Assembly: GCA_963845565.1 (NCBI GenBank)
Contig: CAWJSJ010000002.1
Coordinates: 480,001-544,000 of the forward strand
DNA length: 64,000 nt
DNA from: an uncultured Methylomirabilota bacterium
GTDB taxonomy: Bacteria > Methylomirabilota > Methylomirabilia > Methylomirabilales > 2-02-FULL-66-22
Direction: 5' to 3'
How positions within the stretch are numbered: the first letter of the stretch is position 1; each line of letters starts with the position of its first letter. Below are positions 10,038 to 21,662 of this stretch, in pieces. The notes below the pieces were generated by a model. The model worked only from the letters and a program-made list of their open reading frames with translations, was not told the DNA's origin and searched no databases. The translations under genes were made by a program, and so were the position numbers.

Positions 10038-11323
10038 CGATGAGCTTGGTCTTTGCCAGCATGGCCGGGCTTCTGGCCTTCGGTTTGCCCATCGCGTTTT
10101 CCCTCGGGTTGGCGGCGTGCGTCTTTTTCCTGAGCGCGCCGGGCGTCTCTCCGGCGTTCATGATTCAGCGCATGGTGGCCACGACCGAATCCTTCCCGCT
10201 GCTCGCCGTCCCGTTTTTTATTTTCGCGGGTGCCGTCATGACCCAGGGCGGGATCACGGAGCGGATCTTCGGCCTGGCGGACGCTCTCGTGGGCCACCGG
10301 GTGGGCGGGCTGGCCCAGGTCAATGTCCTGAACAGCGTCTTCATCGGGGGGATGTCCGGCTCGGGGAACGCCGACGCGGCGATTGACTCGAAGACGCTGG
10401 TCCCCGTGATGGTATCCAAGGGCTACAGCAAGCCCTTCGCGGCTGCCGTGACGGCGGCGTCCGGCGTCATCGCGCCCATCATTCCGCCGGGAATCGGAAT
10501 GTTGATCTACGGCTTCATCGCGGATGTGTCCGTGGGACGGCTTTTCATCGGCGGGATCGTGCCCGGACTCCTGCTCGCGCTTGGTCTCATGATCGTCGTG
10601 CATATCGTTTCGAAGCGCCGCGGGTACGGGCGGCAGCGAGGGCACCGCGTTCCGTTCCGCGAGGTGCTCGGCCATGTGCGGCACGCGGCGTGGGCGCTGA
10701 TGCTGCCCGTGCTGATCCTCGTCGGTCTGCGTTTCGGGGCCTTCACGCCGACCGAGGCCGGCGCCGTGGCCGCCGCCTACGCGGTGTTCGTGGGGATGGT
10801 CGTCTACCGGGAACTCCACTGGCGGGACCTGGGACCGATCGTGGCCGAATCGCTGGCGGCGACCGCAGTCGTCATGCTGATCCTGGCCACCGCCAACGCG
10901 CTCATGTGGGCCCTCACGTGGGAGCGGATCCCCATGCAGATGGCCCAGGCGCTTTTCGCCCTGTCGGACAATCCCTACGTGATCCTGTTGCTGATCAACA
11001 TCCTCCTGCTCTTCCTCGGCTGTGTGATGGAGGGAACGGCGATCCTGATCATCCTCACGCCGATCTTGGTTCCCGTCATCGTCAAGCTTGGCATCGATCC
11101 CGTTCATTTCGGTCTGGTCTTCGTCATCAACCTCACCATAGGCGCGGTCACGCCGCCGGTGGGGACGATTCTCTACACGGTCTGCTCCATCGTCGGGGTC
11201 ACGGTAGAGGAGTTCACTCGAGAGCTCTGGCCGTTCCTGATAGCCTTGGTGGCGGTCCTCTTCCTGGTGACCTACTTCCCGCCCACCGTGCTGTGGCTTC
11301 CGAACCTCGTGATGGGAAAATAG
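10034..11323 (+). CDS. dctM: TRAP large permease (DctM)
   Basis: LLAVPFF, GGMSGS..ADAA, PIIPP, DPVHFG, TPPVG; ATGA overlap with dctQ. Confidence 0.95.
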   Translation: MTMSLVFASMAGLLAFGLPIAFSLGLAACVFFLSAPGVSPAFMIQRMVATTESFPLLAVPFFIFAGAVMTQGGITERIFGLADALVGHRVGGLAQVNVLNSVFIGGMSGSGNADAAIDSKTLVPVMVSKGYSKPFAAAVTAASGVIAPIIPPGIGMLIYGFIADVSVGRLFIGGIVPGLLLALGLMIVVHIVSKRRGYGRQRGHRVPFREVLGHVRHAAWALMLPVLILVGLRFGAFTPTEAGAVAAAYAVFVGMVVYRELHWRDLGPIVAESLAATAVVMLILATANALMWALTWERIPMQMAQALFALSDNPYVILLLINILLLFLGCVMEGTAILIILTPILVPVIVKLGIDPVHFGLVFVINLTIGAVTPPVGTILYTVCSIVGVTVEEFTRELWPFLIALVAVLFLVTYFPPTVLWLPNLVMGK

Positions 11324-11377
11324 AGGCCGCGACGCGCCGCCTTGGCCCCGTTCTGGCCCGGCCGGTCCGGCACAGGT

Positions 11378-11490
11378 ACACCGTCAAGGTGTTCTGGATC
11401 TACGTCCTGGTCCTGCTGTCCGGCCTCCTCGTCGTCGCCTTCTTCCCCGCCATCACGCTGGTTGCCCCGAAACTCGTTCCGGTCAGCTAG
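11378..11490 (+). repeat. 113-bp direct repeat, copy 1 (orphan 3' end of a dctM)
   Basis: Matches 27997-28109 with 3 mismatches; encodes TVKVFWIYVLVLL...KLVPVS*. Confidence 0.9.
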
Positions 11491-11807
11491 CCCCAACCCG
11501 AGACAACAGGGGCGAGGGCGTTTCGGATCGGAGTTGACCAGGTCAGGATTGGGGTGGACGAAATCGCCGGAAGTCGCGTGGCCATCGTTGGTTGCAGAAA
11601 ATGCTGTGAAATTCTTGGTACCTATGTGGACGCTTAAACGAAATGTGTCGCCGTTAGCTCACCCAGCCCGCGTCCCGTGCAGACTCGACCGGCTCGAGCA
11701 TCGCCTCGGCAAGATCATTGCCGAACTCGGGCACCTCCATGACCCCGCAATGTGAGCACAGATTGGCCGGTCAAGTGGAATGTAGCCATTGATCGAGACG
11801 CGGGGTG

Positions 11808-13692
11808 TCATGCCGCAGGCCGGCTCCGGCCCAGTGCGCGCAGGACGGTGGGGAAGTGCGAGGCCTCGGTGTGCGGGAGGAATGTGGCCTGAACGTAGCT
11901 GTCCATGTAGCGAGGGTCCGAGCTGAGGTCGAGGTAGGTCATGCGCGAGGCGATCTCGTCGAGCAGCCGCCGGTGCTCGCGGGACAGGAGCGCGATGTAG
12001 GCGCCGGTGAGCGCCGAGTTTCCGATGTAGCGGAAGTGCGTGCGCGGCAGGTCCGGCAGCATGCCGATCAGCACGGCGTCGGCGACGTCCAGGTAGCGCC
12101 CGAACCCCCCGGCAATGTAGACCCGCGCGATGTCGGCCCAGGACAGCCCGACGTTCTGCAGGATCAGGGCGCAGGCGGCGTAGATCGCCGCCTTGGTGCG
12201 GATGAGGTTGTCGATGTCCGCCTCGGTGAGGATGAGGTCCTCGCCGCTGGCGGTCTGCGCGCCCGTCTCCAGCCGGAAGCCCGGTCCCTGCCCCGTCTCC
12301 ACCAGCCGATCCGCCCCGCACTCCGGCTGCAGGTGGCCCGCAGAATCGACGATGCCGCGCAAGAACAACTCGCCCAGCAGGCAGATCAGGCCGGACCCGC
12401 ACATGCCCGCCGGACGCCGCCCGCCGATCACCTCGTAATCGCACGCGGTGGAGGTCGGGGCCGATCTCGACGTGCTCGATCGCGCCGCGGTGCGGCGCGC
12501 ATGCCGCACTTGATCCCGGAGCCCTCAAACGCCGGGCCGGCGGAGCAGGCGCAGCCCACCATCCAGTCGGCGTTGCCGATGACGATCTCGCCGTTGGTGC
12601 CGATGTCCATGAAGAGAAAGACCTCGTCGCGGGTCCGGGGAAATTCGGTCGCGAGCAGCCCGGCGGTGATGTCGCCGCCCGACGTAGCTGCCCACGCCCG
12701 GTGCGCACTCGCACCGGGGCCTGCGGGCGCGATCTCGAGCCCCACCTCGCCGGCGAGGAGCGGCGGGACGGGGTTCACGGTGGGCACGTACGGCGCCTCG
12801 CGGATGTGGCGCGGCGGCAGCCCCAGCAGCAGATGCATCATGGTGGTGTTGCCGGCCACGAACGCCGCCCGGATCCGCTCGCGCGGACGTCCGCCGCCAC
12901 CTCCCCGATCAGCCCGTTGATCGTCTCGAGCACCAGGCCGCGCAGCTCCTCCTGCCGCTCCGGCGTGCGCGCGTAGTCGATGCGGCTGATGATGTCCGCG
13001 CCGCGCCGGATCTGCTGGTTGTACGCCGGTGGCGGTCGCCAGGATGCGGCCGTCGGCAAGATCCACGAGTTGCGCGGCGACCGTCGTGGTGCCGATGTCG
13101 ATCGCGAGGCCGTAGGCGGGCGCGGACATCGAGGCCGGCCACGAGCTCCGTCACCCGACTGCCCGCCGGACCCTCCTCGATGCCGACCGCGACCCGGCCG
13201 TCTTGCTCCCGCAGCGTCTGCGGCCAGCTCCTGCAGCACGCCGAGGCCTGCCGCGATCGGTGTCGGGCAGCCGGCGCGTTCGAGTCCGCGGACCAGACGC
13301 AGCCAGTCGCTGTAGTGCTCTTCGATGGACGCGGGGGGCACGGTGAGGGACAGGTGGCGGAACAGGGGTGAGAGCGTACTCGCATCCGGCAGCGCCGCGG
13401 GTCCCGTCAGGAAGTGGCTGTCCCCGACCACCTCGCATGGCCAGGTCCTGCCGCTCCGGGATGCGAACCGTCACGTCCTCGCGGACCTTCGTCTGGCATG
13501 CGGGGACCAGGCGGCGCGCATCACCGCCCGACGACGCGACGATCTCGACCAGGCACAGTCCGCACGTCCCCTGCCCGCCGCAGGGCAGTTCGAGGTCCGC
13601 GATGCCCGCCCGGATCGCCGCCTCGTGAATCAGGCGTGCCCGCGGGCACCTCTGCCCGGACGTCCGCGGGCAGGAAGCGTAACCCAGGGCAT
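11808..13692 (-). CDS. acsV: Reductive activator of corrinoid proteins (RACo/AcsV, ASKHA family with N-terminal 2Fe-2S); frameshifted in this consensus
   Basis: Across frames: LPCGGQGTCGLC, AIDIGTTTV, NQQIRRGADIISRI, AGNTTMMHL, DIGTNGE, CSAGPAFEG, GMCGSG, IAGGFG, GNSALTGA. Confidence 0.88.
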
Positions 13693-13695
13693 GGC

Positions 13696-15047
13696 TCACC
13701 GGCGGCGTGCCTCTTCAGGAAGGGGCCGAGGTCCGACGCCTCCTGCGGCCCGACCACCACTTCCCAGCCCGGCAGGCTTCCTCGAGCTCGCCGCTGATCT
13801 GCGCGACGTAGCCGGGGATGATCAGCCGGCGCGTCTGTCACCTGCTCCTCGAGCCCGCTGGCCTTGAGGCAGGCGGCGATCTTCGCGCCGCAGAACTTGC
13901 CCGCCGCCCAGGCGGTCAGCACGCTCATCCCCTCGCATTCGACGATCGACCAGGTGCGCCGGCACGCCGGAGTTCTCGATCTCGCCCGACACCAGGAAGT
14001 AGGTCAGCGAGAAGTTGGTGGTGACCAGCACCGGCGAGTCCGGGCCCGGCTCGCCGATCGGGTAGACCTTCGGCTCCACCTGGATCGGCTTCTGCGGGTC
14101 GGTGTAGATGTTCTGCCGCAGCATCATCAGCGGCAGCAGCACCTGGTACTGCAGCGTGTCGACCACCAGGATCGACGCGTACTTGCAGAGCAGCGTGCGA
14201 CGCGTCCGCCACCAGCGACGGCAGGTCCCGCCCGGTGACGAAGTTGATGATCGGGTAGCCCAGCGGCTCGAAGACTCGCCTTCAGCGCCATCTTGCGGAT
14301 GATGGTGTTGTACTGCAGCGCGGCGGCCGGATTCTCGGCCGGCAGGTCCAGCACGATGTCCTGCACGCCCAGTGCCGGCCAGCTTGGCGGTGAGCGCGGC
14401 CAGGGCGTCCGAGCGTCGCGGCACGCGCCACCAGCGGCGCCTTGTACTTCAGCGCCAGCGCGGCCGATCCGCTCGGCATTCTCGGGCGTGGCGGCGTGGA
14501 TCAGCGGGCGCTGCCCGTCCAGCGCCTGGAGCGCCGCTTCCAACGCCTCGGGGTTGTCGCTCTTCAGGATCATGCCCGGCCCGTCGCGCCGGCCACGGCC
14601 TTCACGGCATCGCACGAACGGCTCCACCGCGCCGCTGGTGTTCTCGACCAGCACCAGATCGAGGCGCAGCTGCTCGCCGACGCGCTCCAGGCAGTACTCG
14701 CGGACCTCGGCCATCTGGTGGCACAGCTCGCTCAGCGGCTGGTCGTCGGAGAAGGCCATCGCGATCGCCGTCGGGTGCACGAAGGTCTTCTCGTGCCGGA
14801 ACATCACCGTCTCGTTCCCGACGGCCACTTCGCGCTCCGGCGGGCCGATCTTCACCAGCCGGATGGGCGGCTTGCTGGCCGCCCCGACTTGGTCTTCTTG
14901 GCCTCCTCGGACGCGTACGGGCAGGCGCGCCAGCTCCGCGTTCTTCGCCGCCAGCTTCATGGCGAACGCCATGCACGTGGGCACGCCGCACTCGCCGCAG
15001 TTGGTCTTCGGCAGCAGCTTGAAGATGTGTAGACCGGTCAGCGCCAT
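13696..15047 (-). CDS. acsC: Corrinoid iron-sulfur protein large (gamma) subunit; frameshifted
   Basis: MALTGLHIFKLLPKTNCGECGVPTCMAFA; ETVMFRHEKTF; RQNIYTDPQKP; VTTNFSLTYF; SVLTAWAAGKF. Confidence 0.93.
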
Positions 15048-15059
15048 GGTCCCGCTCCC

Positions 15060-16010
15060 CTACACCGCCACTGCGGTCATCTCGTCGATCTTGCGCTTCA
15101 CGGTCGTGGCCGCCAGCGGGATGGTACAGGATCAGCAGATCGGCGCCGGCGTTGAGCAGGCTCATCGCCGTGGCGATCTCGAGCAGCGCGCCGCGCTCCT
15201 CCTCCGGGCCCCACAGCGGGAAGGCGCTGTCGCGGCGCCCTGCTCTCCTTGGTCTTGGCCACCTCGTAGCCCGGCGTGCCGAGCATCGGCATGGCCAGCA
15301 TCGGGTCGCCGGTGAAGGCCGACGGTGCGGATGCGCTCCATCACCGAGTAGGTGTACTCCAGCCCGTAGCCGAGCGCGCCGGTCATGGCGTCGATGACGA
15401 TCTTCTCCGGCGCCACCCCCATGTTGGTCAGCAGGATGTTGAGCTGCTTGGCCATGTTGACGTCGATGGGCGTCTGCGCCGACCACGCAGTGGTTGTAGC
15501 CCATGGCGGCGGCGGCGATGGTCTTGTAGTTGTCGGTCTCCACCCAGTTGAGCAGCAGGTTCTCGCCCGGCGAACGCCGCGGCGATCTGCTTCATCACGG
15601 CGTTGTTCTTCTCGAAGTGGCTCGGCCCGGTGACGATGAGCGGCACGCCGACCGCCTTCAGCACCGCACCCACGACCTCGGCCGCCTGCTTCGGGCGAGC
15701 GGTCGCCGTTGTCCGGATGCGTGCCGCCCAGGCGCACGCTGATCAGCTCGGCGCCCAGCTCGCTCGACGCAGTAGCGCGCCATCGCCGCGGGGTCCTCGA
15801 GCAGCGCGCCGTAGGCCTCGCGCAGGCTGTCCGGGTAGCCTCTTCGGCGGCTGGTCGAAGACTTCCATCGCGACGACCGGCGGCCGGCCCGGATCGCCCT
15901 CGAAGTGGCGGAACGGCAGCGCCGCGGCGCCGCCGATGGTGACCGCCGAGGTGCGCGTGCCGCTGCCGCCCAGCGTCACCGTGCGCACGGTGCACATTGA
16001 CCTTCTCCGG
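15060..16010 (-). CDS. acsD: Corrinoid iron-sulfur protein small (delta) subunit domain; frameshifted, apparently fused to AcsB via a linker
   Basis: VTIGGAAALPF.HFEG, VAMEVFD, TPIDVNMAKQLNILL, GALGYGLEYTYSVMERIR, WG.EEERG...EIATA..LL.AGAD; TAG at 15060. Confidence 0.88.
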
Positions 16011-16599
16011 CGGCACGCGTGAAGGTCGTGGGGCACCAGGATCGCGGCGGACACGAGCGGCCGCTCGGCCGCGGCCGGCACGACCGGGGCCGGTGCGGCG
16101 AGCACGGCGCAGCCGGCGGCGCGAGCTGGCTGTCGGCGTCTCGACGCGGAGCGGCGCCACGGCGGCGGCGCTGCGCGACCGGGGCGGCGGCGACCGGCAG
16201 CCTGGCGCCGAGCGCGCCGCTGTACATCAGCAGCATGTTGGCGCCGGCGTGCAGCAGGTTGCAGCGCGGTGGACATCTGCAGCGCCGCCATCTGCTGCTC
16301 CGGCGTCATCGCCGGCTGCGCCGGCGTCGGCACGGCGCGTGCCGCAGCCTGCTCCAGCACCGAGATGACGTACGCCAGCCCGTCGCCGGCGTGCAGGTGC
16401 CGGTCGGCGCCGGTGCGCGGCGGCGCGGCGCACCGGACTGCGGCGTCGGGCGACCGGAACTCGGCGGCTGCCGACCTCGCGGCCGGCTGGCCGCTCCGGC
16501 GGCGCGACCGCGCGCTGCGGGCGCTGCGGCTGCCGCCTCGGCGCTGCGCCGCGCTCGCCGCATCGCCGCCGCGGCTTCGGGCGACGGCTGCGGTGATGT

Positions 16600-18790
16600 C
16601 CCACATCGCCAGCGCCGGGATGACTCACCTTCTCCATGTAGCGCGCGCACCGACGCCGGCATCCGTCCCGACCGTCTCATCGGCGATCATGTCGACGAAG
16701 TCCTCGATGCCCAGCCGCTCGCCGATCGGCTCGCAGCTCCTCCCGCAGCGTCTCCTTCAGCTCGCGCGGCATCCAGACGATGCGCTGGTGGCCGCCCTCG
16801 GCGGAGATGAACTTGCGGCTGGCGATGTACGCCTTGCCGACGCCGATGAAGCCCGGCGTCTGCTGCCCGCCGCCGGTCATGCCCGCCAGCGTCGAGAACT
16901 TCATGCCCGCCGGGCGTCTCGCCGGTGTACTCGCGGTTGACGATCATGACGCCGTTGCACTCCGGCAGCAGCGCGACGATGGCCTCGAAGCAGCCGCAGC
17001 TCGTCATCGGGTGCTCCAGCATCGAGTAGGCGTTGAAGCGCTCGAATGGTCTGCTTGGAGTTCGCGTAGACGTAGTCGTTGATGTTCTTCCCACTGGCCG
17101 CGCACCGGGTCGATGCACTCGCCCTTGACCAGCGGCTGGTTCGGGCCGGTCGGGTCGATCTCGTAGGCGGCCTTGCCGTCCAGCCAGTTGTAGGCGCCGC
17201 ACAGCCCGAGCCGCTCCGGCGTGATCACGCAGACGTGGTTCGGCGCGAAGCTCTGGCACAGCAGGCAGGAGTAGAACGTATCCACGCTCTCGTCGGTCAG
17301 CGATTCCATGCGCTGGTTGCGCTCGCGGTAGACCTGCCGCGCCTCGCCGATGCGCGCTCTCGACTTCCGTCGAGGTCGGTGAAGAGCGTCACCTGCACCT
17401 TGTCCACGATGGCCGGGTACTCGTTCAGGAACTTGGCGTGCAGGATCTCGCCGAGGTGCCGGATGCGTGAAGCCCTTGGCCTTGGCCGCCTTGCTGATGC
17501 GGATCCAGATGATGTCGCGCTGGCCCATGTGCCAGACGCCTTCGGCGCCGTTGATCAGGTGGTGGATCTGGCGCTCGAGGATCGGCTCGAAGTCGGCCTG
17601 CATCTTGCGCCCGGCCACCTCCACCCAGATGCGCCAGCGGCAGCGCGCGTGCCCTCCTCGACATCGTCGACCTCCGGGCCGACCACGGCGATCTTGCCGT
17701 CCTCGACCTCGTCCAGCTCGCGCGTGGTCACGTACTCGAAGGCCGGCGTGCGGTTGCCGCCGAACTCGACGTAGGTCTGCTCCTTGCGGATGCGCTCGCC
17801 CTCGAACGCCGCGCCGTAGGCCACCGGGATCGGCACCTTGGCGATCTTGATCTTGCAGCCGCGCACCTCCAGGCACTTCTCGACGATGCGGTCGAGCGGC
17901 ACGTTGCGAGACCACGTGCTCGTAGGTGCAGATGCCGGTGGGCAGGATCTGCGGGATGTCGGTGTCGGCGATGGTCGGGAAGCCGTAGGAGATCGCGCCC
18001 GCCGCGGCGGCGTACTTCTCCTCGGTCACCTCGCCCAGCGCCATCACGAAGGCGAAGATGCGGTTCTTGTTGTACCGCAGGTTGCGCGCGTAGTCGCCCG
18101 GCTGCACGCCGCCGAAGCTGAGCGCCGCGCGGTTGGCGAAACCGAGCGCGTAGATCGCCGCCGAGATGTCCTTGCCGAAGGGCACCAGCCGCGTCTCCCA
18201 GCCCAGCTCGCACGCCGGCCTCCTGCCAGCTGCTCGGCGAACGAGACGCCGTTGGTGTGGCCGGCCATGAAGACGTAGAGGTTCTTCTCCTGCAGTTCGC
18301 GGGCGATGCGGACGGCCGTCTCCTTGTCCGGGGCGGCGCCCGACCACGGCGGCGAAGCCCGGGGCCGAGCCGTCCACGAACTCGATGCCGCGCTCGCGGA
18401 TGATCACGTCGTCGCCGCGCCCAGCCAGATGCCCGTCCACCGGGTTCGGGCCGATCAGGTACTTGCAGGCCTCGATGATCTCGAAGGCGAACAGCGTGGC
18501 CATGCCGGCGTCGAGCGTGCCGCCCAGATACGGCAGCCAGACGTCGTCGGTCGGGAACCGGCGGCAGCAGCGTGCGGCACTCCTCGAGCACCGGCTGCAT
18601 GTCCGACGAGCTTCTCCACCGTCGGCCCGAGCAGCGAGTAGATCACCGGCAGGTAGTAGGCCGTGTCCGGGAAACCCGACCGGGCAATCGGCGCCCTTGG
18701 CCGCGATGGCCCGCGCCACGCATCTCCTCGGCCTGCCGTCACGATCTCGTGCGCGCCGCGAATGGCGGAGGAGGCGATGATCTTGCTCAT
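16600..18790 (-). CDS. acsB: Acetyl-CoA synthase (bacterial type with N-terminal domain); frameshifted
   Basis: FPDTAYYLPVI; A-cluster ligands CLLCQSFAPNHVC, ERLGLCGAYNW, PMTSCGCFE; GGGQQTPGF; C-terminal HPAL. Confidence 0.95.
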
Positions 18791-20761
18791 TCCAGCTCCC
18801 TCCTCTCCTTCATGTCGAAGAGCTTGCGCTCCTGCTTGCTCGTTGATGCCGCAGCGCGTCGCGCTTCTTCTCGATGTGCTCCAGGATCTTCTCGGCGGCC
18901 TGCACCGGATCGGGCTCCCAGTCGAATCGCCCGCCGGTGATCCCCTCCATCTCCTCGCAGAGCAGCTTGGTCACGTTCTCGCTGCCCTCGACGTAGAGCG
19001 GATGGCCCAGCACGACGTACATGCCCGCTGGCGACGAAGTAGTGGCCGATGGCGACCGCCTTCTCGCTCATCCACTCCGGCGCCGCGCCCGCCACCGGCA
19101 GGTCGGAGAGGTCCTCGCCCAGCCCGCCTTCGCTGCAGCACGTTGGTGGCGGCCATGCAGGATGCGGCTGTTGTCCACGCAGGAGCCCATGTGCAGCACC
19201 GGCGGGATGCCCACCGCCTCGCAGACCTCGCGCAGCGAGGCGCCGGCCTTCTCCAGCGCCGCCTCCGGCACCAGCAGCCCCGCCTTGGCGCAGGCGATGG
19301 CCGCGCAGCCGGTCTGCAGCACCAGCACGTTGCGCTTGATCAGCTCCTCGGCCAGCCGCACGTGCGCGTCGTCCGCCATCACCTTCGGGTTGCTGCAGCC
19401 GACGATGCCCGCCACGCCGCGGATGCGGCCGTCGATGATGGCGTCGTTCAGCGGGCGGAAGGTGCTGCGGAAGCGCCCGCCCAGCATGTGGAAGATGGTC
19501 TCGTTGGAGAAGCCGGCCACCAGCTCCATCGACTCGCTGCGGGATGTGCACCCGCGCCCGGTCGCGGTTGCGCGAAGTTGTCGATGGCCGCGCGGATCAG
19601 GTCGCAGCGCGTGCTCGTAGCCGTGCTGCCACGTCGAAGGTGATCTGCTCGGCGTCGAAGGTCTGCGCGATCTCCGAGGTGCTCACCAGCTTGGTGTGGA
19701 AGCACTTGGCCACCTGCGGCCAAGCGACGGCATCACGCACTGCACGTCGACGATCATCATCTCGACCGCGCCGGTGAGGATGGCCAGCTCCTGCTGCAGG
19801 AAGTTGCCGGCGATCGGCAGGCCGTGGCGCATCAGCACTTCGTTCGCCGTGCAGCAGATGCCGGCGATGTTGATGCCCGCGGCGCCCTTCGACTTGCGCG
19901 TAGGCCAGCAGCTCCGGGTCGCTGCGAGGCCACCGCCAGCATCTCGGAGAGCGTCGGCTCGTGGCCGTGGACGATGATGTTGACCTTGTCCTCGGCCAGC
20001 ACGCCCAGGTTCACCCTGCTGCGGATCGGGCTTGGGCGTGCCGAACAGGATGTCGCGAGACCATGGTCGCGATCATCGAGCCGACCCAGCCGTCCGCCAG
20101 GCTGCACTTCAGCCCGCCCATGATCAGGTGGCGGTAGTCGTGGTCCACGCCCATGTGGGTGCGGTGCATCAGTTCGACGACCGCGGAGTCGATGCCCGTT
20201 CGGCTCGATCTCCAGCTTCTTCCAGAGCGCCTGCCGCTTCTCCGGCGCCAGCCTCAGCGTCGCGTTGGGCTCCTCGGACCAGGCGAACTGGCGCCATGAA
20301 GAAATCCGCCAGGTCGCCGGCGATCTCCAGGTCGCCGCGGCCGTCCGTCGCGATCTCGAAGAACCGCGCCGCCTCCCGCAGCCGGCGCGGATCGGTGATC
20401 TTGTACTCGCCGCCCTTGCCCTCGCGCCACCAGCTTCAGCGTCGCACCAGCATGCGCCCGTGGTCGGAGTGCGCCGCCGTCCCCGCCGCGATCTCGCGCA
20501 GCAGGTTGCGCGCGACGATGGTGTCGGCATCGGCGCCGCAGATGCCCGAGCTTGGCCTTGGGCGTGATGCGGCACGGCCCCATGTGGCACAGCCGGCAGC
20601 AGACGCCCGTCCGTGCCGAACTTGCACTGCGGCTGCTGGCTCTTGTAGCGGTCCCAGACCGTGGGGATCTCCTCGGCTCTGGCGATGTTGCACCATCTCG
20701 TTGATGGCCGGGTCGCGCGAGACCTGCCTTCACGACCGGGCTGTTCGAGCTCGGTTGACAT
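18787..20761 (-). CDS. acsA: Anaerobic Ni-CO dehydrogenase catalytic subunit (CooS/AcsA); frameshifted
   Basis: QCKFG..GVCCRLCHMGPC, GICGA, AAHSDHGR, HGHEP, GICCTANE, DVQC, GCSNPK, TGCAA, GSCVDNSR, EWMSEKAV. Confidence 0.95.
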
Positions 20762-20773
20762 CAGTCCCCTCCC

Positions 20774-21552
20774 CTATCCGACCTGCGCTGTCGCGAATAG
20801 CCTCTCCATCAGCGCGTCCACGGCGCGCCGCGCCGGCGCGTCCTGCGGGATCGTCTGCACGCTCATCCCGCCGGCGTCCATCGCCGCGACGGCCGGGTCC
20901 AGCGGGATCGCCGCCAGCAGCGGCAGCCCGGTCGCCCCGACCTCCGCCGTCAAGCGCCGCCGGCAGGACGCCCTCCGGCACGCGGTTGACGATCAGCCCG
21001 CGCGTCCTCGCCGGCGAGTCCCACCTCATCGGCCAGCGTCGGAGATCCGTCGCGGCCGTGCGCACGCCGCGCACGCGTGCAGTCGGAGACGATCAGCAGG
21101 TAGTCGAGCGCAAGCAGCGTGCGGCGCGAGATGTGCTCCAGCCCGGCCTCGCTGTCGAGCACGATGTGCTTGTAGTTGCCGCGACAGCCGGTCGAGCACG
21201 TCGCGCAGCACGTTGTTGGCGAAGCAGTAGCAGCCCTGGCCCTCCGGGCGCCCCATCACGATCAGGTCGTAGCCGTGCCTGCTCCACCAGCGCCTCCTGC
21301 ACGCGCAGGTCCAGGAACTCCTGCTTGGCGATGCCCGGTCAGCCGCGCCGCGTCGCTCCGGGCACTCTCGCGGATGCCGCCGACGGTGGCCGCGTAGGAG
21401 ACGCCCAGCGCCTCGTGCAGGTTGGCGTTGGAGTCGGCGTCCACGGCCAGCACGGGCGCCTCGCCCCGCGCCACCAGCCAGTCGATGGCCAGCGCCGAGA
21501 GCGTCGTCTTGCCGACGCCGCCCTTGCCGGTCATCGCCATCGTGAATCCCAT
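20774..21552 (-). CDS. cooC: CooC/AcsF nickel-insertion ATPase; frameshifted
   Basis: GKGGVGKTT, VDADSNANL, MGRPEGQGCYCFAN, DSEAGLEHISR. Confidence 0.9.
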
Positions 21553-21662
21553 GCGGTGCCCTCGATTCCAACCGTCAATCCCCAGGCGAGGGGCGGCCAG
21601 GCTCCGGAGCGCCGCACCCTGCGGTCGAGCCGTTCCCGGCACGAGCCCCGGCGGCGGGACAG

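Noticed and set aside
11491..11807. Lower-GC stretch as a small gene or att site
   Set aside because: No RBS-supported ORF with a recognisable motif and no tRNA or integrase; left unannotated.
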